This document shows, piece after piece, positions 34,064 through 42,595 of a stretch of 44,879 nucleotides of DNA. The stretch's first letter is position 1; every line of letters starts with the position of its first letter. The notes below the pieces were generated by a model. The model did no database searches, was not told the origin of the DNA, and saw only the letters and a list, made by a program, of their open reading frames with translations. Location of the stretch: positions 1 through 44,879 of the IMG/VR virus record IMGVR_UViG_3300042879_003901, one strand, 5' to 3'. This DNA is from a virus. Lineage: Duplodnaviria > Caudoviricetes. Position numbers and translations under genes: made by a program.

Positions 34064-37000
34064 TTACTTGCAGTTGATTCTGATTGCGCCTTCGCTTTCC
34101 AGGCGCTCGAGGATGTCGTAGAACTGGTTGTCGATGCGCTTGATTGTCTCAGCCATCGGGTGGGCTTCGACTCTTTGCTGAGCGCGAATGAGCGCCAGCC
34201 CCCGGCCGCGCTCGAGGCCGTTGAAGATGGAGACAAGCTCGGAGCGTTTCTCGCTGGGCTTTACTTGCTGCCCGGCAGCTTGGCCAGCCCCTGCTCCAGG
34301 AGCCAGAGGTACGCCGACAGATCCTCGTCCGCCTGATCTTGCGCGCTTTCTGGCCGCGATGTCTGATCGGGCTTGTTCGATTGCTGCTCGGATTCGTTCA
34401 TCTGAGATTCCTTTTTGCTTGGCCAGATTGACCGCGGCGTTCGCGTAGTCCGGCGCCTCGTCGTCCGAGTAACCATCTGACGAATCCTCAGCTGCACCAG
34501 CTGTATCGTACAAGGTCTTCTCGGGATACCACAACAGGGCCTGGAAGTCGGCCATGGTGAGGTCTGGGTTGTCTTTCTGCAGCTCGGTCAGAGCCTCCTT
34601 CGCGACAGCGCGCATCATGTCGCGCTGCTTCGACCCCTGGGGGCTTTCGATCTGGCCGTCCAGAGATCCGACGTAGGTCTTCGCCGCTTTGCGTAGCTCG
34701 TCCGCAACAGAGATGAAATCCTTCAGCTTGCCGCGGATCTCAGTCGTCAAGGCCTCGCGCTCGGGATTGGCAGGCATGACCTGGAACAGTTTCTTGCGAA
34801 CCTCTTCGCTGGTCGTTGCGCTGACGATCCTCTTGGCCATCGCAACTGGATTGGTCTTGCTCAGAGGAGCGCCGATCGCTACTTCTACAGCGCGCTTGGC
34901 CTCCTTGTCTGTCTTGATCAAGTCGATCAATCCAGTGAACGCGTCCTTGTCGGCCCGGATCTTGGCCTGGTCGATGTCCACCAGGTTGCCCGTCAGCCGG
35001 CCCCAGGTCCGGACAAACCACCTGTCCATGGTCAGCTGGCCGAACTCCCCGAACAGGTTCATGAAGAACCCGTTGCCGATCTTGGGCCCGAGCACACCGG
35101 CGCCGTACACCAGGGTGTCCACGCCTTCGCCGCTGACTTTGCGCCCGAACGTGGCCAGGACCTGTCGATTGGGCTGGAGCGTCGTGGCGAAATTGCGTGT
35201 CTTGTCGTAGCCCCAAGCCGACATCAGCTTGTTGTACGTGGCCAGGCCTTCGTTGATCTTGCTCGCGGCCGTGCCTTCGCCAATGCCCTTGGTGGGCATG
35301 ACCCGCTTGTCGACGTCAGGGCTGCTGTTCTTCCAGGACGTGTACGCACGCTCGGCCAGCTCAAAGTTCTTGTTGACCTTGATGCCGTTGCTCGTGACGG
35401 CCAGGGCCCAGATGAAAGCGAACTTGGACTTCTCGTCAGTCTTCAGTTCCGGGTGTACCGCTGAGACGACCTCGAGCGCAGTGGTCACCTTCTCGTCGTA
35501 CCAGCCGATCGCGTTCGCGTTGGTGACAAGAGCGGCCCTGGCCTCCTTCAGGATTTGAGCGACGAGGTACTTGCGTACCTCGGCCGTGTCCTTCGACAGG
35601 CCCAGGCCGCCGAGTGCGGCGCGCACAGCGTTCTGGATGGCGATCTTGAAGTCGCGGTTGGTGCGCCACTTCTGGGACGTCGCGATCTTCTTGGCCGCCG
35701 AGATGTCGGACGCGGCAGCGGCCCGGGTTGGGTCGACTTCAGGCTCGGGCTTCGTGCGCTTGCCGCTCTCCTTGATCCCCTCTTCGGTCGCAGGCGCCAT
35801 CAGGTCAACCGCCCGGCGGCCGTCCTGCATCAGGAAGTACTCGGGGTTGTACGGGCCCCAGTTGGCGGCCTGCGGGCCGAACAGCTCACCGGAGCCGTCG
35901 GGCATGCGCTGCACGATCGCTTCCTGGTTGAGCATCGTCGAGAGCTTGTCGCCCTCGTCCGCGCTCAGCGGCTTGTCGATTGCAACGACGGCCGTGGGCT
36001 CGGTGTCTGACGGCAGGACAACCAGGCTGTCCACCCGGCGCATGAGCTTGCGGATGGCCGAGCGTACGACGTCTTCCGTCAGGAGGCCACCGCCCTTGAC
36101 TTCCTGCGTGCTCAGGCCGATGTTGAGCAGGATCCGCTTCTCGCTCTTGCGGATGTCGGGGTTCCCAGGGTCGTAGGTTCCCTGGTTGCCGGTGGCGGAT
36201 TTGATCTGCTCGGGGTCCAGCACCATGACCTCAAAGAACGGGTCAAGGCGGCTCTGCTGGACGACGCCGTCATAGCCGGCTGCACGGATGGCATCGGCCA
36301 CCTGAACGCCAGACAGATCGAACGGATCGCGCCCCTTAAAGATTTCGGGGTACTTGGCGGCGATAGCCTCAAGCGGTAGCCCATCGGACTGACGCACCAC
36401 AAGTGGGTTCTTCAGGCTGACGTAGACGGGCATCACGCTGGCGCCATCGCCACGGCTATACATGCCGGTGTAGGCGGCGTCACCAGTCAGGTAGACGCCG
36501 GCCCCTGCCTTGCCTTCCTTCGAACGGCGGAATGTGCTGAAGTCGGCATTGGTGCCGTGGTACAGGACCAGCGGCCGGCCCCGCCCGTCGACCACCTTGC
36601 TATCACCAAACCACTTCTTGAACTCGGGGCTGTCGGGTACGCGCTTCGCGCTCGCGCGCACTTCCTCTTTCGGCTTCGTCTGCAGCGAGAAGAACCCACT
36701 GCCGGCGTCGACAACCTGCATGTCGTAGTTGGCCCAGGCCGGGTTGCCCTGCATGCGCTCCATCTTCTGCTCGAGCGCCGCCCGGTTCGGGCCGGAGGAC
36801 TGCGTGGTCCACTCGGCGGGCTTGCTCTGCAGTGGCTCAACCCGTGAGCCAGCACGGATCGGCCCGGGCGGCAGTGCCTGCACGGGCACAGTGCGCTGGC
36901 CCAGCATGATGATCTGCCCGGGCTGCGTGCCCTCCATCCGGTCCAGGTAGCCGTCGAACCCAGCGTCCAGCACCTTGCTCTCGAACGCCGCCTGGCCGCC

Positions 37001-40000
37001 CTTGCGCAGGCCCAGCGGGTCGGCGTTGCTGTCGTAGATGTTGTTCAGCGTAGCGCGGTGGGGCACGCCGCCCACTCCGGACTCCGGCCGCACGCCTGTG
37101 CCCTTGTCGAAGTAGAAGCTGATCCGCTGCCTGCGGCGCTGGTCGTCGGCGTTGAGGTATTCCTCGCGGGCGCTTCCGCGCAGCCCGGTGCCAAACATGC
37201 TCGAGCTGAGCGTGCTGCGGGGCGACTGGCTGTAGTGGTAGGCCTCGAGGTTGTCGAGCCGGCCGCGCTGGTCGCTGGCCTTGATCTCGCCGGTGGTCTC
37301 GACCGCCGCCTCCTGCCGGCCGGCGGCTTCCTGCCTGATCAGCTCGGTGGCCTCGCCGCGCTTCTCCTGCGCGTAGCTCGCCAGGGCCTTGGTGACGGCG
37401 GCTTTCACCTCGCCCAGGTTGGCCACCATGCTGTCGGTGTCGAACCCGGTCATGCCCTTCAGGGCCTTGACCATCCGGTCCACCGCACGCACGACGCTCG
37501 CACCCAGGCGCATGGCCGAGCGCTGGCTGGCCTTGGTGTCCTTGCCCGATGCGAGGATCTCCCGGAACACGTCGCGCCAGAACTCGGTCTCGCGGAATCG
37601 GTTGCCGACCACGTCAGCGGTCAGCTCCTCCATGTCACCACGGATGCCGGCCACGTCCAGGTTCACGCCCTCGTTCAGCTTGATGACCTTCATCAACGCC
37701 GCATAGGCCTGCGGGTTGTCCGCCTTCAGCTGGTGCAACAGCTCATGCCCGAAGACGACCAGGTGGCTGATCTGGCTCTTGACGTTCAGGTGAATCGTCT
37801 TGCTGTCACCCGTGCGTACAAAGCCATCGGGGGCCATCTCGTTGTCGGACGAGAAGACAACCACCTTCTTGCCGAACATGCTCGCGATGAGCGAGACCAT
37901 CCGGTGGGTTTGCTTTGATATCGTCCCGGAATCTGCTTTGCTTTGCGTCTGCAGCGTGGCCGGGTCGACGGTCGTGATGTTGCCGAGGCTGCTGACGGGG
38001 CGGCCCTGCTGCATAGCTTGCGCAGCGGAATTCGCATCAGGTGTGACTTCCGTTGCTTCAGATGCAACATTCGTTGCTTCAGAAGAAACGCGCTGCTCAG
38101 AGAACTTGAAGTCGCCCTCGCGCATGCGGCGCAATTGCAAGCGCTCGACGGCGCTCAGCGACGCTGGGTTCAACGCCGCGCGCTGCAGGATGTCGAACTG
38201 GGCCGGAGTCAGGATCTTGCGCGCCCCGTCCACGACGAGCTTCTCGTCCGCGGTACGCAGCGCCCCGGTCTTGCGCAGCACCCTGTCGATCAGGCCGACG
38301 TCGGGCGCTTCGGTGGTCTTCTGCTGGGGGAACAGGTTGGCCAGACTCTGACTGATCTGCTTGAGCAGCGTGTTCTTCTGCATCGCCGCGACGGCGTCGT
38401 CGCTGCGCTGCTCTCCCGTGCGGCGGTCCAGCTTGCCCGCCCGGGCGACACCACCCGCGGCCGGCGACCTGGTCTCGACAGCGACGGTCTCGAGAGGTCG
38501 CTCCGCACGGGGCTGCTCAATGCCCTGGGCGCGCTCGCCCTTACGGACGAGGGCATTCAGCCGGAGCTGCTGCCCGGCCGCGTCCTTGGCCTGCTGCTGC
38601 CCGTCGCCGAGCGCGTTGATGTTCTGAGCCAGGCCGCGCAGCGTGCGCAGCTGGTCGCCTCGCATTGGCGCGGAAACCACGCTGTCGTAGTTCTGCCCGC
38701 CGGGGTTCACCCGGTCCAGAAGCGCAGCCTCGAGCGGCGTGGCCTTGCCGCCCCGGGCTTCGACCGAACGCAGAACGTCGCTGTACGCCGCCTGATCGCC
38801 CGGGGTCAGCATGTCCAGCAGCTGGGCCCCGACAGCCTGACCGGTGTCGCGCACCTTCAGCGCTTGGATCATCGCCTCGGCGTCGCCGGGCGCCTTGGCC
38901 GCGGCGGCCTCCAGGCGCTGCCCGGCTTCAGCCTGGCTGACAGGCGCCGCGGCCGGTGCCGGCGCGGCGGACAGGTCGAGCGAAGGTTGCTGCGCGGTCT
39001 TGGAGATCGCGAACCTGCCCGGGGTGTTCGGGTGCGGAACGACTTGCAGGCCCAGCGCGTCGCCGCCCTCGTTGGCCGCCTGGTCGCGCAGAACCTTCAG
39101 GCGCCCGCGGGCGGTGCGCTCGTCCATCGGCGCCAGGTCCGCGTAGCCAGAGGCCTCGCCCTCGGCACGAGCGGGCAGGCGCTTCTCGAGGTTGGTCTGA
39201 CGCTGCGCGTCGATGCTGCCCCGCTCGAACTCCGTCATCGCCCCTGGCTGAGCCGCGGGCGCGGAGGCAGACATCTGTTCCGCCTTGGCGCGCATCGCCT
39301 GGGCTTGCTCGCGCAGAGCCTGCGCCCGCTGCAGCACCGCCTCGGGCGCACGCGGGTTGGACTCGATCAGGCGGGCGGACTCCTCCATCCGCTGCGCGTC
39401 CAGGAGCATCTGCGCCGGGGGCTGCGCCTGGGCCGTGCCGTCTCGCTGTGCCAGCAGCTGGGCGTCCCGGTCCACGGCCGTGCGCGCGTTGGCCAAGCGA
39501 GCCTGGTCGGCCTGCGCCGTGGGCTCCTCGAACACGCTGGGCTGGGTGAGGACGCGGGTCTGACCAGGCTGCAGCCCAGGTGTGCCGGCTGAGGGCTCAG
39601 CGAACACGCTGGGCTGAGTGAGGATGCGGGTCTCGCCAGGCTGCAAACCGGGCGTGCCTGCGGTTCCCTCCAGGACGCCGGGCTGCGACAGAACGCGGCC
39701 TTGCCCCGGCTCGAGGCCCTGGGTGGAATCGGTGAGCGCCTGCTCGATCGTCGGGAAGTTGGTCGCCGGCTCGATGCCGAGCTGGGCGGCCACGGCCTTG
39801 GCGGCGGCCAGGCGCTTGTCCTGCATCAACTGCTGCATGGACGGCACGGAGGCCTCCGCAGCGTCGATGGCAGTGGACAGATCGGGCGCACTGACGACCT
39901 GAGCTATCGTCTCGGCAGCCGGCTGGCCGCCCAGGTAGACCTCGTCGCGCGCACGCTGGAGCTGGTCCAGGCTGCGGTCGAGCTGGGCGTCTGGGTTGGC

Positions 40001-41023
40001 CGGCGTGGGCGCGGGCGCGGGGGCCGCACGCTGCGGGCCCACGACGCCGCCAATGACACCGCCCGAGACGCCGCCCAGTGCAGCGCCCATCGTAGCCGCG
40101 CCACCGACACCCTGCATGGGGTCGATCGTGAGGTCGTACTGGGACGCCGCGCGCTGGCCCTCGTACTGGGTGATGCCTTCCTCAAAGCCCTCCTGCGTGG
40201 CTTCGGTCAGGCCGGTGCGCAGCGCGGCCGCTCTGCGGCTCGTCGCTTGCCCAATGATCTTGGCCGCGGGCGTGCCAGCGATCAGCTTCTCAGCGCCGAA
40301 CGCGCCTGTCACCGCACCCACAATGGCTGGCAAGATCGAGCCGTCACGCGCAGCGGCCGTGGCCAGCTGCTCCTTGATCTGCTCCGGGGGCAGCGTGCCC
40401 TCCAGTGCCTTCCACTCGGGGGTGACCGCGAGCACCTCGTCCGGTGCGCGCATCACCAAGTCGTACGCGTTCCCCGCTGCGTCGCCGCCCGCGGCCGCGC
40501 CGCTGACAACCGCGCCCGCGCCCAGGCCCACGCGCGAGCCAACCTGCGCCCCTCGAGCGGCCGCCTCCGCAGCAGTGGCCCCGGCCGCGGCAGCACGCCC
40601 GGCGGCGAGGCCACCCGCAGCGCGAGCCGCTCCACCTACTGCCAGCCCTGGGCCCGCGAAAGAACCCAGCGCCTGGGCCGCGGCTAAGCCCGGCGACTCG
40701 AGCAGATATCGCCCGATGACGCCTGCCTCCTGTCCGAAGCCATCGGCCTGTTCGAGGCCCTGGCGCATGCGGGCTTTGGACTGCTTGGTGACGTCGCTTT
40801 GCGACTCCTCACCCTTGCGGACGAACTCCTCCACGCCCTTGGCAAACCTGTTGCCAGGCGACACGAACTCGCTGACCGCGCCCGCCGTGCCAGCGATGGC
40901 GTTGGCCGCCTCGATGACCCAGTCGTTGGCGACCGCTGCGATGTTGCGTGTCGGCGCGGGTTTCTCCCGCGCCCACTCAGGGACGGAGGACTCCTGCGCC
41001 CAGTCGGGGATGTTGCTCGCCAT
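34064..41023 (-). CDS. Large polyvalent (DarB-like) ejection protein: hydrophobic N-terminus, HExxH metallopeptidase, two ART-like domains, SAM-lyase-like domain, HhH-glycosylase-like domain
   Basis: TEATQEGFEE and Gly-rich hydrophobic segments; GHELLH (37733-37747); FKKWFGDSKVVD...YHGT...GVYLT...GYDGV...PEQIKSATGN (ART-PolyVal-like); GPKIG...TMDRW...QALLW. Confidence 0.85.
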   Translation of the reverse strand: MASNIPDWAQESSVPEWAREKPAPTRNIAAVANDWVIEAANAIAGTAGAVSEFVSPGNRFAKGVEEFVRKGEESQSDVTKQSKARMRQGLEQADGFGQEAGVIGRYLLESPGLAAAQALGSFAGPGLAVGGAARAAGGLAAGRAAAAGATAAEAAARGAQVGSRVGLGAGAVVSGAAAGGDAAGNAYDLVMRAPDEVLAVTPEWKALEGTLPPEQIKEQLATAAARDGSILPAIVGAVTGAFGAEKLIAGTPAAKIIGQATSRRAAALRTGLTEATQEGFEEGITQYEGQRAASQYDLTIDPMQGVGGAATMGAALGGVSGGVIGGVVGPQRAAPAPAPTPANPDAQLDRSLDQLQRARDEVYLGGQPAAETIAQVVSAPDLSTAIDAAEASVPSMQQLMQDKRLAAAKAVAAQLGIEPATNFPTIEQALTDSTQGLEPGQGRVLSQPGVLEGTAGTPGLQPGETRILTQPSVFAEPSAGTPGLQPGQTRVLTQPSVFEEPTAQADQARLANARTAVDRDAQLLAQRDGTAQAQPPAQMLLDAQRMEESARLIESNPRAPEAVLQRAQALREQAQAMRAKAEQMSASAPAAQPGAMTEFERGSIDAQRQTNLEKRLPARAEGEASGYADLAPMDERTARGRLKVLRDQAANEGGDALGLQVVPHPNTPGRFAISKTAQQPSLDLSAAPAPAAAPVSQAEAGQRLEAAAAKAPGDAEAMIQALKVRDTGQAVGAQLLDMLTPGDQAAYSDVLRSVEARGGKATPLEAALLDRVNPGGQNYDSVVSAPMRGDQLRTLRGLAQNINALGDGQQQAKDAAGQQLRLNALVRKGERAQGIEQPRAERPLETVAVETRSPAAGGVARAGKLDRRTGEQRSDDAVAAMQKNTLLKQISQSLANLFPQQKTTEAPDVGLIDRVLRKTGALRTADEKLVVDGARKILTPAQFDILQRAALNPASLSAVERLQLRRMREGDFKFSEQRVSSEATNVASEATEVTPDANSAAQAMQQGRPVSSLGNITTVDPATLQTQSKADSGTISKQTHRMVSLIASMFGKKVVVFSSDNEMAPDGFVRTGDSKTIHLNVKSQISHLVVFGHELLHQLKADNPQAYAALMKVIKLNEGVNLDVAGIRGDMEELTADVVGNRFRETEFWRDVFREILASGKDTKASQRSAMRLGASVVRAVDRMVKALKGMTGFDTDSMVANLGEVKAAVTKALASYAQEKRGEATELIRQEAAGRQEAAVETTGEIKASDQRGRLDNLEAYHYSQSPRSTLSSSMFGTGLRGSAREEYLNADDQRRRQRISFYFDKGTGVRPESGVGGVPHRATLNNIYDSNADPLGLRKGGQAAFESKVLDAGFDGYLDRMEGTQPGQIIMLGQRTVPVQALPPGPIRAGSRVEPLQSKPAEWTTQSSGPNRAALEQKMERMQGNPAWANYDMQVVDAGSGFFSLQTKPKEEVRASAKRVPDSPEFKKWFGDSKVVDGRGRPLVLYHGTNADFSTFRRSKEGKAGAGVYLTGDAAYTGMYSRGDGASVMPVYVSLKNPLVVRQSDGLPLEAIAAKYPEIFKGRDPFDLSGVQVADAIRAAGYDGVVQQSRLDPFFEVMVLDPEQIKSATGNQGTYDPGNPDIRKSEKRILLNIGLSTQEVKGGGLLTEDVVRSAIRKLMRRVDSLVVLPSDTEPTAVVAIDKPLSADEGDKLSTMLNQEAIVQRMPDGSGELFGPQAANWGPYNPEYFLMQDGRRAVDLMAPATEEGIKESGKRTKPEPEVDPTRAAAASDISAAKKIATSQKWRTNRDFKIAIQNAVRAALGGLGLSKDTAEVRKYLVAQILKEARAALVTNANAIGWYDEKVTTALEVVSAVHPELKTDEKSKFAFIWALAVTSNGIKVNKNFELAERAYTSWKNSSPDVDKRVMPTKGIGEGTAASKINEGLATYNKLMSAWGYDKTRNFATTLQPNRQVLATFGRKVSGEGVDTLVYGAGVLGPKIGNGFFMNLFGEFGQLTMDRWFVRTWGRLTGNLVDIDQAKIRADKDAFTGLIDLIKTDKEAKRAVEVAIGAPLSKTNPVAMAKRIVSATTSEEVRKKLFQVMPANPEREALTTEIRGKLKDFISVADELRKAAKTYVGSLDGQIESPQGSKQRDMMRAVAKEALTELQKDNPDLTMADFQALLWYPEKTLYDTAGAAEDSSDGYSDDEAPDYANAAVNLAKQKGISDERIRAAIEQARSDIAARKRARSGGRGSVGVPLAPGAGAGQAAGQQVKPSEKRSELVSIFNGLERGRGLALIRAQQRVEAHPMAETIKRIDNQFYDILERLESEGAIRINCK
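39522..39722 (-). repeat. Three imperfect 22-23-aa repeats (GLxPGxxRxLxQPxV) within the polyvalent protein
   Basis: Visible in the translation: GLEPGQGRVLSQPGV / GLQPGETRILTQPSV / GLQPGQTRVLTQPSV. Confidence 0.8.
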
Positions 41024-41029
41024 GCGTTG

Positions 41030-42091
41030 TCAGTTCAGCCCGCCGCGCATCACGCTCGGCGATTCGTTCCAAAGGCGCTCGGCCTCCATGCGCTCATCCA
41101 GCTTGCGCTGTGCGCGGGCGGCCAGCTCGGTCTTGGCTTGCTGCTGTCGGGCGTGGCCCTGAATCCCCGCGATCTGGCGCAGCTCTCGGTCACTCAAGCC
41201 GGCCACCTCAGACACAGGCGCCTCGGCCTTCGAGCCCAGAATGCGCTGGGCCGCCCCCGGGCCAAACTGGCTGTCGAATCTAGCGCTCACACCTGGGTTG
41301 GCCTTGAGGTAGTCGATGTCGGCCTGGGTTGGGGCCGGGGCCCCGTCCTTGGGCGCGGCGCCGGTGCTGTCGGGCCGGCGGCGTTGAGTGCGCTCGGTCT
41401 TGGTCACCGTGCCGTCGTCGCCGGTTTTCTCCGTGGTGACCTTCTCCGTGTCGTACTCACTGCCAGGCTTGATCACGCCACGCGTGATCAGCGACTGCGT
41501 GATCGCGGTCTTGCGCTCTGGTGTTGTCTTGGGGTCCTCGTACTCCTTGAGGAGATTCCCAACGGCCCGCTTCTCTTCAATGCTGAGTTGGGTCAAGGCC
41601 GCGCTCGCCCGCGCGGCAGACGACTCGGTGGCGGCTGCGATGTTGCGCAGCGCCTTGAGCACCTCGGGGTTATTGCCTTTTGCCAGCGTGTTTTCGCGCT
41701 CAACCTCGTTCTCGGCTTTCCTCACCGCCGTGGCACGGGCCACCTCGTTGGCCTGCTTGACCGGGGCGAGCGTTTGCTCCTTCTGCACTTCCACCGGGAT
41801 CAGCTTGGTCGCCTGGTCCACCGCCGCGTCGGTGCGGACGCCCTGGAGCGACCTCTCGCGCGCCGTGTCGGCCTCGGTCTTCCTCGCAGCGTAGCCGCCG
41901 GGGCTGGTGTCGACCTCCCACAGGGCTCGGTTCTTGGACAGCTCGTCCGCGAATCGCAGCTTCTCCTGCTCGATCTCCTGCTGCACGCGCATCAGGTCCA
42001 GACGCTGGTTCTGCTTGATCTGCTCGTCTGCGATCTGGCCCATGGCCTGGCCGGCCCCGCCCAGCGCCCCGGCGATGATTCCACCCAGCAT
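41030..42091 (-). CDS. Putative ejection (DNA transfer) protein
   Basis: MLGGIIAGALGGAGQAMG N-terminus and coiled coil; DIDYLKANP...FDSQFGPGAAQRILG tail; position in the block. Confidence 0.7.
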   Translation of the reverse strand: MLGGIIAGALGGAGQAMGQIADEQIKQNQRLDLMRVQQEIEQEKLRFADELSKNRALWEVDTSPGGYAARKTEADTARERSLQGVRTDAAVDQATKLIPVEVQKEQTLAPVKQANEVARATAVRKAENEVERENTLAKGNNPEVLKALRNIAAATESSAARASAALTQLSIEEKRAVGNLLKEYEDPKTTPERKTAITQSLITRGVIKPGSEYDTEKVTTEKTGDDGTVTKTERTQRRRPDSTGAAPKDGAPAPTQADIDYLKANPGVSARFDSQFGPGAAQRILGSKAEAPVSEVAGLSDRELRQIAGIQGHARQQQAKTELAARAQRKLDERMEAERLWNESPSVMRGGLN

Positions 42092-42093
42092 GG

Positions 42094-42594
42094 TCAGGCC
42101 CCCATCTGCGGCTGCGCGCCGCCCTGCTGAGCGATCAGCTCGGGGATCTGCTCGGGTTCGACGCCAGCTCGGCTCAGGATCTCTTCGATCATGGTCGCCA
42201 TCCCTTCAGCGACATCGTCGTCCGAGACCTTCATGCCGGCCTTGCGCAGGAAGTCAGCCGCCTCGGCCACCAGCTCGGTGGCAGCGGGGATGATCAGCTG
42301 CGGGGGCAGGGTGTTGTTGCTCTGCGAGTAGAGGATCGCCATCAGCGCGACCACGCCCTTGCCAATCTTCTCGCCCGTCGTACCGGGCTCCTTCAGCAGG
42401 GCCAGCATCTGGGGCTTCATCTGCTCGCTGTACATGATCTTCTTGGCCGCCAGCACGATCCGCTGGTAGCCGTCCTGCATGTCCTGCGGGATGCTCAGCT
42501 TGGCACGCACGCTGTCAGGAGTGACAGCTGAGCTGTCCTTCTTGGGCGCAACGGATGCGGGCGCGTTGCGCGCCCCTTGCTTCATTTCTGCCAT
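42094..42594 (-). CDS. Hypothetical virion-associated protein
   Basis: 166 aa, packed tightly in the ejection-gene block. Confidence 0.65.
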   Translation of the reverse strand: MAEMKQGARNAPASVAPKKDSSAVTPDSVRAKLSIPQDMQDGYQRIVLAAKKIMYSEQMKPQMLALLKEPGTTGEKIGKGVVALMAILYSQSNNTLPPQLIIPAATELVAEAADFLRKAGMKVSDDDVAEGMATMIEEILSRAGVEPEQIPELIAQQGGAQPQMGA

Positions 42595-42595
42595 A

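Noticed and set aside
37943-42130. Long plus-strand ORFs (549, 388 and 443 aa) and similar antisense ORFs elsewhere (9447-10955, 12212-13579, 24445-25911)
   Set aside because: Shadow frames opposite well-supported genes in high-GC DNA; no recognisable motifs.
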